Source of the DNA: an uncultured Bacteroidota bacterium
GTDB lineage: Bacteria; Bacteroidota; Bacteroidia; Chitinophagales; Chitinophagaceae
Direction: 5' to 3'
Assembly (NCBI GenBank): GCA_963757315.1
Contig: CAVWRD010000011.1
Span: 1,613,682 to 1,677,681, forward strand
Length of the DNA: 64,000 bases
Shown one piece after another: positions 41,337 through 49,264 of the stretch. How positions within the stretch are numbered: the stretch's first letter is position 1; every line of letters begins with the position of its first letter. The notes below the pieces were generated by a model. That model was not told where the DNA came from, did not search any database, and was given only the letters and a program-made list of their open reading frames with translations. The position numbers and the translations under genes are program-made.

Positions 41337-42883
41337 CCTTAAAACAATCAGGTAATTCAGATTCAGGTTTTTCTATCAGGAAACATCTGTTTCTATTATA
41401 TTTATTTGTCGTCACTGCATTTTTTATTTACGCGCCGGTACTTCATCATTTTTTTGTATCTGACGATTTTAAAGTATTGTATAGAGTTACCGGAGAGAGG
41501 ATTATTTTTATTCATGGCTTCTTCAGGCCGCTTTCAGATATTTCCATATTAATAACCTTCCTTGCAGGTGGTTTAAATCCTGTGTGGTTTAATTCATTTA
41601 ATATCCTGATTCATGGGATAAACAGCTTCCTCCTGTTTCGCCTCTCCATTCAAATAGGCCGCAATATTCAGGATAAGTCAAATGCATTTTATTTCGCAAT
41701 ATTATCTTCCGTTTTTTTTATTTGTTATCCATTTCACAATGAAGCTGTGGTCTGGATATTGGGTAGAGGATCAGGAATGGCCTGCATGTTTGCACTTTCC
41801 GGACTTCTTTGCTACTATGAAATAAAAAAAAATAACCTGAAAATCGCGGCATCCTGTTTCTGTTATTTCATGAGTATGACTGCGTTTGAATCAGCCATGA
41901 TTTTTCCTCTGTTATTGTGGCTTTTACTTTTACTGGAAAAACAGAATTCCAAGAATATACGCAATTGGATTTTCGCGCTGACATTTACATTTTGCCTTCA
42001 TTTAATATGCAGATATTTATTATCAGGGGCATTTTTTGGCTCTTACGGAAATGATTTTTTTCACACCAGTTTTAAAAAATATTTCCTGAATATAGCAAAA
42101 ACCGGAGGTCGGTTAATTTTGCCGCCATCAAATAATACTGTCCTGTTGGTATCGGTTTTCATTCTTTTGACTTTGTACGCGTTTTATTATATAATAAAAC
42201 ATATACATCAAATTAGGCAAAACAAAATCTGGAGAACTATAGCAATTTTGTCTTTAATGCTTGTTATTTCCTGCGTAGTACCGTTAGTCGCAGGAGTTAA
42301 CACCCGGACGTCTGAATCTGACAGGCTGTTATATTTTCCCTCGGTTTTTGTATGTATGATTTGGGCATTCCTGATCGTTTTTAACGTCGGTAATAAGAAC
42401 CTTCAACGTTTGTTGATTTTTTCCACTGTTGCTTACAATCTTTTTTTCCTGGAATTAAATAATTTGAACTGGAGAAAAGCATCATCAGTTACTTCGTCGA
42501 TACTTGAAAAGGTAAATGCAGAAACCCATTCAGGAAATTCAGGTCGAATATATTTCTTGAATATTCCGGATGAAATTGATGGAGCCTATGTCTTAAGAAT
42601 GGGATTTTCGGATGCAATGAAATTATATGGATTTGATTTAAACCGTTTTGTCGATGTAAATTATTTGCAGCGAAGTGAAATGAGTGAAATAAAACATGAA
42701 ATAATACTGAATGCAGATAAAACCGAAATTTCTTTACCGCCGGATATTATAATAAAAAGAATGCCCGTAGGAAACTACCAAATCTTCGACCATGGAAAAT
42801 TAAAATTTACGAGTAGCACGAATGATAAGATATATTTTTGGAATGGCAGTCAACTGGAACTATTTCGACCTTCTTTTGAGTAA
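41333..42883 (+). CDS. polytopic membrane protein, GT-C fold glycosyltransferase-like (PMT_2/TMTC-like signature)
   Basis: ATGA overlap with the upstream gene. TM1 is followed by FFVSDDF (Asp44-Asp45, gac gat 41462..41467). FRPLSDIS...GGLNPVWFNSFNILIHGINSFLLF resembles the first-loop signature of PMT_2/TMTC-type GT-C enzymes. About 10+ TM segments plus a ~130-aa soluble C-terminus. Confidence 0.55.
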   Translation: MTLKQSGNSDSGFSIRKHLFLLYLFVVTAFFIYAPVLHHFFVSDDFKVLYRVTGERIIFIHGFFRPLSDISILITFLAGGLNPVWFNSFNILIHGINSFLLFRLSIQIGRNIQDKSNAFYFAILSSVFFICYPFHNEAVVWILGRGSGMACMFALSGLLCYYEIKKNNLKIAASCFCYFMSMTAFESAMIFPLLLWLLLLLEKQNSKNIRNWIFALTFTFCLHLICRYLLSGAFFGSYGNDFFHTSFKKYFLNIAKTGGRLILPPSNNTVLLVSVFILLTLYAFYYIIKHIHQIRQNKIWRTIAILSLMLVISCVVPLVAGVNTRTSESDRLLYFPSVFVCMIWAFLIVFNVGNKNLQRLLIFSTVAYNLFFLELNNLNWRKASSVTSSILEKVNAETHSGNSGRIYFLNIPDEIDGAYVLRMGFSDAMKLYGFDLNRFVDVNYLQRSEMSEIKHEIILNADKTEISLPPDIIIKRMPVGNYQIFDHGKLKFTSSTNDKIYFWNGSQLELFRPSFE

Positions 42884-43488
42884 ATACCATGATTACCTGA
42901 ATCAGTTGTACGCATCATCCGTTCAACATATTTACCAATAAGATCAAACTCAATGTTCACGAAAGATCCTTCTTCGAGATCCCGAATATTCGTGTTTTCG
43001 AAAGTATAGGGAATAATGGCCAGGGAAAATTCTTTATCGGTCACTTCAAAGCAGGTCAGGCTGATTCCATTAACAGCCACAGACCCTTTTTCAATAATCA
43101 GGCTCTTATATATTTCCGGGAATTCGAACCGAAAAACCCAGCTTCCCTTTTTATTTTGACGAGATATACATTTTGCAGTTGTATCTACATGTCCCTGAAC
43201 CATATGACCATCGAGTCGGCCGTTTAATTTGACGCATCGTTCCAAGTTTACCTTGTTGCCTGGTTTCCAATGAGATAAACAGGTTTTTGAAAGAGTTTCA
43301 GCAACGGCTGTCACCTGGTAGAAACTTTCAGAAACTGATTCCACAGTCAAACAGACCCCGTCGTGGGAAACACTCTGATCAATACCCAACTCATGGGTTA
43401 TTGGTGATGCAATCTTAAAGATTTTGTTTGTTCCCTCTGCTGAAACTGTAGAAATATTACCAATTGCTTCTATTATACCGGTGAACAT
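42850..43488 (-). CDS. ribE: riboflavin synthase alpha chain
   Basis: MFTGIIE start and duplicated lumazine-binding repeats (GDSIAVNG-like GSVAVNGISLT). Confidence 0.9.
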   Translation of the reverse strand: MFTGIIEAIGNISTVSAEGTNKIFKIASPITHELGIDQSVSHDGVCLTVESVSESFYQVTAVAETLSKTCLSHWKPGNKVNLERCVKLNGRLDGHMVQGHVDTTAKCISRQNKKGSWVFRFEFPEIYKSLIIEKGSVAVNGISLTCFEVTDKEFSLAIIPYTFENTNIRDLEEGSFVNIEFDLIGKYVERMMRTTDSGNHGIYSKEGRNSSS

Positions 43489-43542
43489 GATGTAAAAATC
43501 GTGTTTTTCAACCTTTTTAGTACATTATTTTAAAAAACTCCT

Positions 43543-43550
43543 TATCTTTG
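43543..43550 (+). promoter_or_regulatory. Bacteroidota -7 box TATCTTTG upstream of rpsU
   Basis: TAnnTTTG match 35 nt upstream of the rpsU ATG. Confidence 0.4.
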
Positions 43551-43585
43551 CAAACCGAAATTCATTTTAAAAAAACAGTATTTTC

Positions 43586-43783
43586 ATGTTGATTATCGAT
43601 TCAAAAGATTGCGAAAACATTGACAAGGCTTTAAAGAAGTACAAAAAGAAATTTGAAAAAGCCAAGGTATTGATTCAATTACGCAGTCGCCAGTCATTTA
43701 CAAAGCCTTCTATCAAAAGAAGAGGCGAAGTATTAAAAGCTGTATACAAGCAACAGCTTGCAACCGGCAAGTTTGACGCTTAA
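43586..43783 (+). CDS. rpsU: 30S ribosomal protein S21
   Basis: 65 aa, highly basic. ENIDKALKKYKKKFEKAKV...FTKPSIKRR pattern typical of bS21. Confidence 0.9.
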   Translation: MLIIDSKDCENIDKALKKYKKKFEKAKVLIQLRSRQSFTKPSIKRRGEVLKAVYKQQLATGKFDA

Positions 43784-43816
43784 AACTCATTCATACTACA
43801 TCGAATTCATAAATAG

Positions 43817-43843
43817 CCCTTCAGAGAAATCTGAGGGGTTTTT
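43817..43843 (+). terminator. intrinsic terminator after rpsU
   Basis: cccttcag-agaaat-ctgagggg followed by ttttt. Confidence 0.65.
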
Positions 43844-43898
43844 AGTTTTTACTTTTAGCTTTTAAAATTTTAAATTTGAATGTATCAATCAAAATGTA

Positions 43899-44786
43899 TT
43901 GGATAGCTTCTTTCAGCGCTTCATCGATTATTTGAAATTCGAGAAAAGATATTCTGCCCATACGGTCATGGCTTATCGGGATGACCTGGAACAATTCTAC
44001 ACTTTCTTAAAATCTACTTTTGGTGAAACACCTGTTGAATCTATAACGACCCCCTTCGTACGATCCTGGCTGGCTAGTCTGAAGGAGCAAAAAATCACTT
44101 CCAAATCGATCAATCGAAAAATTTCTTCTTTAAAATCTTTTTTCAAATACCAGTTACGAATCGGTCTTCTGGAGAAGTCGCCTATGATTGGTATTATCAG
44201 TCCAAAAACAGGAAAAAGACTTCCGGTTTATATTGAAGAAAAAGATATGCAGTTGCTCAGCAACCATATAGAATTCACGGATGACTGGGCCGGAAAAACA
44301 GACCGCCTGCTTATTTTAATGTTTTATAATACCGGGGTCAGACTTACGGAACTTATTACGCTTAAAAACGGTCAGGTAGATTTAAAAGCCGCTACGATTC
44401 GGGTGCTTGGAAAAGGCAACAAGGAAAGAGTGATCCCACTGAGTTATGCACTTACGAGTGAAATAAACCAGTACCAAATGGCTAAGCAGGAAGGAGGACA
44501 GGAACCGGCCGGAACTCTTTTCGTTAACGAAAAGGGCCGACCGCTTTATGCTAAATATGCTTATCTGGCTGTTAAAAAATGGCTTACAAAAGTGACCACG
44601 GTCGACAAAAAAAGCCCCCACGTTCTTCGCCACAGTTTTGCAACTCATTTGATGAATCATGGGGCCGATCTGAATTCAGTGAAAGAACTGCTGGGTCATT
44701 CCAGTTTGGCAGCCACGCAGTTATATACTCATAACAGTATTGAGAAACTTCGCGAAGTCCATAAAAAAAACCATCCGAGAGGATGA
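43899..44786 (+). CDS. xerC: tyrosine site-specific recombinase XerC/XerD-like (TTG start)
   Basis: N-terminal SAM-like FIDYLKFEKRYSAHTVMAYRDDL. Catalytic R (GVRLTEL), HxxR (HVLRHSFATH), and LGHSSLAATQLYTH with Tyr. Confidence 0.85.
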   Translation: MDSFFQRFIDYLKFEKRYSAHTVMAYRDDLEQFYTFLKSTFGETPVESITTPFVRSWLASLKEQKITSKSINRKISSLKSFFKYQLRIGLLEKSPMIGIISPKTGKRLPVYIEEKDMQLLSNHIEFTDDWAGKTDRLLILMFYNTGVRLTELITLKNGQVDLKAATIRVLGKGNKERVIPLSYALTSEINQYQMAKQEGGQEPAGTLFVNEKGRPLYAKYAYLAVKKWLTKVTTVDKKSPHVLRHSFATHLMNHGADLNSVKELLGHSSLAATQLYTHNSIEKLREVHKKNHPRG

Positions 44787-44931
44787 TTTTTACGTTAAAA
44801 TACAAGTAATTTATAGGTCGAAAAATTTGGAAAAACTCCTCCAAGGACTTAATTTCATTCCATTGGTTTACTCATAATTGATGAATAAAAAAGTTCTTGA
44901 ATTTATTGTTTCACTGTAAAAAAGTGTTGAT

Positions 44932-45231
44932 ATGACCGTAAATATTCAAACTGTCCGTTTCGAAGCCGATAATAAATTAGTTGAATATGTAAATAAGAAA
45001 TTATTGCGACTGGACACCTTCCACGACAGAATTGTAAATGTGGAAGTTTACTTAAAACTTGATAATGTAGTTCACACCATAAAAGATAAAATAGCCGAAA
45101 TTAAAGTCCACGTGCCCCACCAGGATTATTTCGTGAAATGTTCCTCCAAATCATTTGAAGAATCTTTTGACAAAGCAATGGGATCGCTGATCAATCTCAT
45201 TAAACGGAAAAAAGATAAACAAGCTGCCTGA
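44932..45231 (+). CDS. hpf: ribosome hibernation promoting factor (RaiA/HPF family)
   Basis: 99 aa. Conserved position between xerC and the tRNA-tuf cluster. S30AE-type alternating beta-alpha pattern. Confidence 0.8.
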   Translation: MTVNIQTVRFEADNKLVEYVNKKLLRLDTFHDRIVNVEVYLKLDNVVHTIKDKIAEIKVHVPHQDYFVKCSSKSFEESFDKAMGSLINLIKRKKDKQAA

Positions 45232-45339
45232 AAAATACTTCTCTTAGCAAATTTATGCTCGTGATTTCATCATGATTGAGGATTCTGTTGTGTTCCCCAG
45301 AAAAAACACTTCAAAATTTTTCCATTTAACAAAATCGCT

Positions 45340-45347
45340 TACCTTTG
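45340..45347 (+). promoter_or_regulatory. Bacteroidota -7 box TACCTTTG upstream of the tRNA-tuf cluster
   Basis: TAnnTTTG match about 80 nt upstream of tRNA-Thr. Confidence 0.35.
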
Positions 45348-45428
45348 CCTTCCCAAAAAAACAGGGGGTAATTACGTCTGTTTTAGTTCTTTGCAGGAAG
45401 TTCCGTTTCAATGTAAGCATGAAATCAA

Positions 45429-45501
45429 GCCTGAGTAGCTCAGTTGGTAGAGCAGCTGATTTGTAATCAGCAGGTCGCGGGTTCGATCCCCCTCTCAGGC
45501 T
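45429..45501 (+). tRNA. tRNA-Thr (anticodon UGU)
   Basis: Acceptor GCCTGAG/CTCAGGC. D-arm GCTC-AGTTGGTA-GAGC. Anticodon arm GCTGA-TTTGTAA-TCAGC. The T-stem has one C:C mismatch by my hand fold. Confidence 0.85.
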
Positions 45502-45564
45502 CACTGACAAGAAAGGCGGATTGAAATTTTGAAACGTGTTTTTGCAGGCTGGCAGAAACCATTC

Positions 45565-45647
45565 GGGCAAGTAGTCAAGTGGCCAACGACAACAGACTGT
45601 AAATCTGTTCTCTTCGGAGTTCGGTGGTTCGAATCCATCCTTGCCCA
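45565..45647 (+). tRNA. tRNA-Tyr (anticodon GUA), long variable arm
   Basis: Acceptor GGGCAAG/CTTGCCC. Anticodon arm ACAGA-CTGTAAA-TCTGT. Variable arm TCTCTTCGGAGTTC. T-arm GGTGG-TTCGAAT-CCATC. Confidence 0.9.
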
Positions 45648-45816
45648 CTATCCCGCTGAAGGCGGAAAGTATGGAAGTGTGAGGGTGAGAGAATGTGAGG
45701 GCGCATTTCCAGTTATTGTTAATAGTTCTTTGAGTTGATTATATGAAAATGTGAAGTGTAAAAAATGTATCTCTTTCTCACACTCTCACACTTCCATACT
45801 TTCATACTTGTATCAT

Positions 45817-45889
45817 GCGGAAGTAGCTCAGTTGGTAGAGCGACAGCCTTCCAAGCTGTAGGTCGCGGGTTCGAACCTCGTCTTCCGCT
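45817..45889 (+). tRNA. tRNA-Gly (anticodon UCC)
   Basis: Acceptor GCGGAAG/CTTCCGC. Anticodon loop CTTCCAA. Confidence 0.9.
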
Positions 45890-45981
45890 CTCACCTCCCG
45901 GATCCCGCAGATCCTGGAGAAGGCAGATATTCATATATGGTGGAATCCTTATGTGGAGATATCTGTAGCTATAGCGTTAAT

Positions 45982-46053
<72 letters not shown>

Positions 46054-46148
46054 CATATCGACAGAGTGGTTGAACGGAAAAATGGAAAGCAGATTTAAAG
46101 AAAATAGAATCACAATTATTTAAAAACACAATTAAAAACTAGATACCA

Positions 46149-47336
46149 ATGTCAAAAGAGACCTTCAAAAGGGATAAGCCCCACGTTAATGTCGGAACCA
46201 TTGGTCATATTGACCACGGTAAAACCACTTTAACTGCTGCCATTACAACCATTTTGTCTTCAAAAGGGTTGGCAACGGCTAAAAAGTATGATGAAATTGA
46301 TGCCGCTCCGGAAGAAAAAGAGCGTGGAATTACCATCAACACTGCGCATGTTGAATATCAGACGGTAAACCGTCACTATGCACACGTCGATTGCCCGGGT
46401 CATGCTGACTATGTAAAAAATATGATTACAGGTGCCGCCCAGATGGACGGTGCTATTCTTGTTGTCGCAGCTACGGATGGTCCAATGCCTCAGACAAAGG
46501 AACACATTCTGCTTGCCCGTCAGGTTGGCGTTCCCAGAATGGTTGTATTTATGAATAAGGTTGACCTGGTCGACGATCCTGAATTACTGGAACTCGTTGA
46601 AATGGAAATCCGCGAACTGCTTACTTTCTACGGTTTCGATGGCGACAATACGCCTATTATCCAGGGTTCTGCTACCGGCGCACTTGCCGGAGAAGCAAAA
46701 TGGGTGAAAGCAATCGACGAACTGATGGAAGCCGTTGATAGCTATATCCCATTGCCTCCACGCCCGGTTGATCAGCCTTTCCTGATGTCGGTAGAAGACG
46801 TATTCTCGATCACAGGTCGTGGCACGGTTGCTACCGGACGTATCGAGAGAGGTCGCATTAAAGTAGGTGAAGCGATTGAAATCGTTGGACTGATGGAAGC
46901 GCCGCTTGCTTCTACTGTTACAGGTGTGGAAATGTTCCGCAAATTGCTGGATGCAGGTGAAGCTGGCGATAACGCCGGTTTACTGCTTCGTGGTATTGAA
47001 AAGAATCAGATTCGCCGCGGGATGGTACTTTGCAAACCAGGATCCATTACTCCACATACTGAATTCAAATGTGAAGTATACGTTTTAAGCAAGGAAGAAG
47101 GTGGACGTCATACACCTTTCTTTAATAAATATCGCCCCCAGTTCTATTTCCGTACAACGGACGTAACCGGCGAGGTTGAATTGCCAGCCGGAACTGAAAT
47201 GGTGATGCCTGGCGACAACAGTGCATTAACGGTGAAGCTGATTCAGCCTATCGCGATGGAAAAAGGTCTGAAATTCGCGATCCGTGAAGGCGGTCGTACA
47301 GTAGGTGCAGGACAGGTTACTGAAATCCTGAAATAA
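46149..47336 (+). CDS. tuf: elongation factor Tu
   Basis: [18 protein letters not shown] and NKVD motifs. 395 aa. Confidence 0.98.
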   Translation: MSKETFKRDKPHVNVGTIGHIDHGKTTLTAAITTILSSKGLATAKKYDEIDAAPEEKERGITINTAHVEYQTVNRHYAHVDCPGHADYVKNMITGAAQMDGAILVVAATDGPMPQTKEHILLARQVGVPRMVVFMNKVDLVDDPELLELVEMEIRELLTFYGFDGDNTPIIQGSATGALAGEAKWVKAIDELMEAVDSYIPLPPRPVDQPFLMSVEDVFSITGRGTVATGRIERGRIKVGEAIEIVGLMEAPLASTVTGVEMFRKLLDAGEAGDNAGLLLRGIEKNQIRRGMVLCKPGSITPHTEFKCEVYVLSKEEGGRHTPFFNKYRPQFYFRTTDVTGEVELPAGTEMVMPGDNSALTVKLIQPIAMEKGLKFAIREGGRTVGAGQVTEILK

Positions 47337-47384
47337 ATAGAAACCTGTTCCGCGGAATGCGGTATAGGATAAATCGGATTTTAT

Positions 47385-47392
47385 TATATTTG
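47385..47392 (+). promoter_or_regulatory. Bacteroidota -7 box TATATTTG upstream of tRNA-Trp-secE-nusG
   Basis: TAnnTTTG match about 50 nt upstream of tRNA-Trp. Confidence 0.4.
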
Positions 47393-47440
47393 CAAGAACT
47401 AAAAGCTGTCTCGGTCAAGCGGGATAGCTTTTAGCTTTCT

Positions 47441-47512
47441 ACGGGAATAGTTCAACGGTTAGAATAGAGGTCTCCAAAACCTTTGATCAGGGTTCGAATC
47501 CTTGTTCCCGTG
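47441..47512 (+). tRNA. tRNA-Trp (anticodon CCA)
   Basis: Acceptor ACGGGAA/TTCCCGT. Anticodon arm GAGGT-CTCCAAA-ACCTT. T-arm CAGGG-TTCGAAT-CCTTG. Confidence 0.9.
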
Positions 47513-47545
47513 CGAAGACAATTTTCAAATTTTCAAATAACACAA

Positions 47546-47740
47546 GTGAACAAAGTCACAAATTATTTTAAAGAGTCGTACCGGGAACTGATGGAAAAAG
47601 TAACCTGGCCAACATGGTCAGAACTGCAACAGTCAACAGTGATTGTCCTGGTCGCCACAATTCTTATAACATTGCTCGTCGGTGTTATGGATGTGTTTTC
47701 AAGTGGAGTTTTAAAATTCATTTATTCATTATTATCCTGA
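47546..47740 (+). CDS. secE: preprotein translocase subunit SecE (GTG start)
   Basis: 64 aa: NKVTNYFKESYRELMEKVTWPTWSEL followed by one TM segment. The longer ORF-track start at 47483 would overlap tRNA-Trp. Confidence 0.8.
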   Translation: MNKVTNYFKESYRELMEKVTWPTWSELQQSTVIVLVATILITLLVGVMDVFSSGVLKFIYSLLS

Positions 47741-48339
47741 TGGAAACAATTAATCAAACCGCTACTCCGGATTCTGCGGAGCAGACGCCCGGTAAGGAAA
47801 CAAAATGGTATGTGCTTCGCGTAGTGAGTGGCAAGGAAAGAAAAGTAAAGGAATATCTCGACAAAGAAATTTCCCGTGGTGGCTGGAGTGAAGTCGTGAA
47901 ACAAATCTTCCTCCCAATCGAGAAGGTCTATAAGGTTCAGAATGGCAAGAAGGTCATGCGTGAAAGAAACTACTATCCGGGGTATGTGATGGTTGAAGTA
48001 GTAGAAGGCAAGCTGGGAGATGATTTGCGTGATGCTGTTAAAAATACACCCAGCGTAATACATTTCCTTGGAAAGGAAAATCCAATTGCCCTGCGTAAAG
48101 CAGAAGTGAACAAGATGCTTGGCAAAATGGATGAGATGGCAGAAGCAGGCGGAATGAGCATGAGTGAGCCTTTCATCATTGGGGAAACCATCAAAATCAT
48201 CGAAGGTCCGTTTAATGATTTTAACGGAATCATTGAAGAGGTGAATGACGAGAAGAAAAAACTAAAAGTTACAGTTAAGATATTTGGCAGATCCACTCCC
48301 GTGGAATTAAACTATATGCAAGTAGAAAAAATCGCTTAA
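47740..48339 (+). CDS. nusG: transcription termination/antitermination factor NusG
   Basis: KWYVLRVVSGKERKV NGN start and a C-terminal KOW domain (GETIKIIEGPFNDFNGIIEEV). The start overlaps the secE stop (TGATG). Confidence 0.92.
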   Translation: METINQTATPDSAEQTPGKETKWYVLRVVSGKERKVKEYLDKEISRGGWSEVVKQIFLPIEKVYKVQNGKKVMRERNYYPGYVMVEVVEGKLGDDLRDAVKNTPSVIHFLGKENPIALRKAEVNKMLGKMDEMAEAGGMSMSEPFIIGETIKIIEGPFNDFNGIIEEVNDEKKKLKVTVKIFGRSTPVELNYMQVEKIA

Positions 48340-48356
48340 GATTTTTCCGGCAAAAT

Positions 48357-48392
48357 AAAAAAGACGTCTTGTTAATCGAGACGTCTTTTTTT
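48357..48392. terminator. bidirectional intrinsic terminator between nusG and the convergent H1-like gene
   Basis: aaaaaAGACGTCT-tgttaatcg-AGACGTCTttttt, with an A-run and a T-run flanking the stem. Confidence 0.75.
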
Positions 48393-48439
48393 ATTGTTCG
48401 GTTGTTAAAAATCGCCATCCGCAAACAGCAAAACCAATT

Positions 48440-48805
48440 TTAAAAAGAACTGCCACCCATATCCGAAGATCCTGATCCGTTTGAACTATCCGAACCGCCA
48501 GATGGTACTTCAGGAGCCGATGGCATACTTATCACGGGGGCCGCTTTTTTAGGAGCTGCTTTTTTCTTGGGAGCCGCTTTCTTCTTAGGAGCTGCCTTCT
48601 TCACTGCTTTTTTAGCTGCAGCTTTCTTTTTAGGTGCCGCTTTTTTCTTTGGCGCTGATTTCTTTGGCGCTGATTTCTTTTTAGGTGCCGCTTTTTTCTT
48701 AGCCGCTTTCTTTTTAGCGGGTGCTTTTTTAGCAGACTTTTTAGGTGCAGATTTCTTTTTGGGTGCCGCCTTTTTCTTGGCTGCTTTTTTCTTTGACTTT
48801 GCCAT
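48440..48805 (-). CDS. Lys/Ala/Pro-rich histone H1-like basic protein with Ser/Gly-rich acidic tail
   Basis: 121 aa. About 90 residues of KKKAAPKKKSAPKK-type repeats, then VISMPSAPEVPSGGSDSSNGSGSSDMGGSSF. The other frames of the same DNA give only low-complexity artefacts. Confidence 0.65.
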   Translation of the reverse strand: MAKSKKKAAKKKAAPKKKSAPKKSAKKAPAKKKAAKKKAAPKKKSAPKKSAPKKKAAPKKKAAAKKAVKKAAPKKKAAPKKKAAPKKAAPVISMPSAPEVPSGGSDSSNGSGSSDMGGSSF

Positions 48806-48926
48806 AATTTGAAGACAATTTTAAATGATTTGAATGCTATGGATCTTTGTGGCAAAAAGTTAAACAGAAATCCGCATATAGAAAAAAATGAGCTCACTTA
48901 ATTAGAAAACAATTTCTATTTAATGC

Positions 48927-48954
48927 CAAAAGCTCAAAGCCCAAAGCATAAAGC
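48927..48954. repeat. four NNAAAGC heptamers (caaaagc tcaaagc ccaaagc ataaagc)
   Basis: Read directly. Opposite orientation to the 17-copy array at 49136..49254. Confidence 0.75.
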
Positions 48955-49135
48955 TCTTTAATAAAATGCGGTATCATCTGCTCGGCGCTGTGCAATCCGT
49001 AAGATGAATGAAGATTAAGGTGATAATCAGGAATAAAAAAAGTGATTTAGACTCGTATTCCGGATCAGGAATTTTGGATGAAGCCCTTTGAGCTCCACTT
49101 AAATTAATTTTACCTTTACTTCTCACCAAAACTCA

Positions 49136-49254
49136 GCTTTAGGCTTTAGGCTTTAAGCTTTAGGCTTTAGGCTTTAGGCCTTAGGCTTTAGGCTTTAGGC
49201 TTTAGGCTTTAGGCTTTAGGCTTTAGGCTTTAGGCTTTAGGCTTTAGGCTTTAG
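49136..49254. repeat. tandem heptanucleotide array, (GCTTTAG) x17 with two single-base variants (copy 3 gctttaa, copy 7 gccttag)
   Basis: Counted copy by copy across 119 bp. All reading frames carry stops. Followed by gcccg and a T8 run. Confidence 0.97.
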
Positions 49255-49264
49255 GCCCGTTTTT

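Noticed and set aside
42850-42883. 34-nt convergent overlap between the GT-C-like gene and ribE
   Set aside because: It is most simply explained by a slightly extended, non-conserved C-terminus on one or both ORFs. There is no evidence of functional antisense coupling.
43899-44786. Tyrosine recombinase as a marker of an integrated mobile element next to tRNA genes
   Set aside because: The rpsU-recombinase-hpf-tRNA-tuf order is, as I recall, a conserved chromosomal arrangement in Bacteroidota. No other mobile-element genes or repeats flank it. It is best read as a XerC/D-like housekeeping recombinase.
45253-45968. ORF-track ORFs 45253..45648(-), 45272..45466(+), 45529..45738(+), 45719..45934(-) and 45765..45968(+)
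   Set aside because: Four of them read through tRNA-Thr, tRNA-Tyr or tRNA-Gly, and 45272..45466 covers the tRNA-cluster promoter region. None has a protein-like motif. They are spurious.
47483-47739. Long N-terminal extensions of secE (from 47483) and nusG (from 47614) in the ORF track
   Set aside because: The secE extension overlaps tRNA-Trp, and the nusG extension overlaps secE in another frame. Conserved N-termini begin at GTG 47546 and ATG 47740.
48567-48897. Alternative-frame and antisense ORFs over the Lys/Ala-rich gene (GAAFF-repeat 81 aa on the plus strand; RKKRH-repeat 98 aa on the minus strand)
   Set aside because: They are low-complexity translations of the same repetitive DNA. 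The KKKAAPKK frame has a clean start, a non-repetitive tail and a terminator.
49136-49254. Regular tandem array that could be mistaken for a CRISPR array
   Set aside because: The units are 7 bp and contiguous, with no spacers. No cas genes or leader are present. It is a microsatellite, not a CRISPR.
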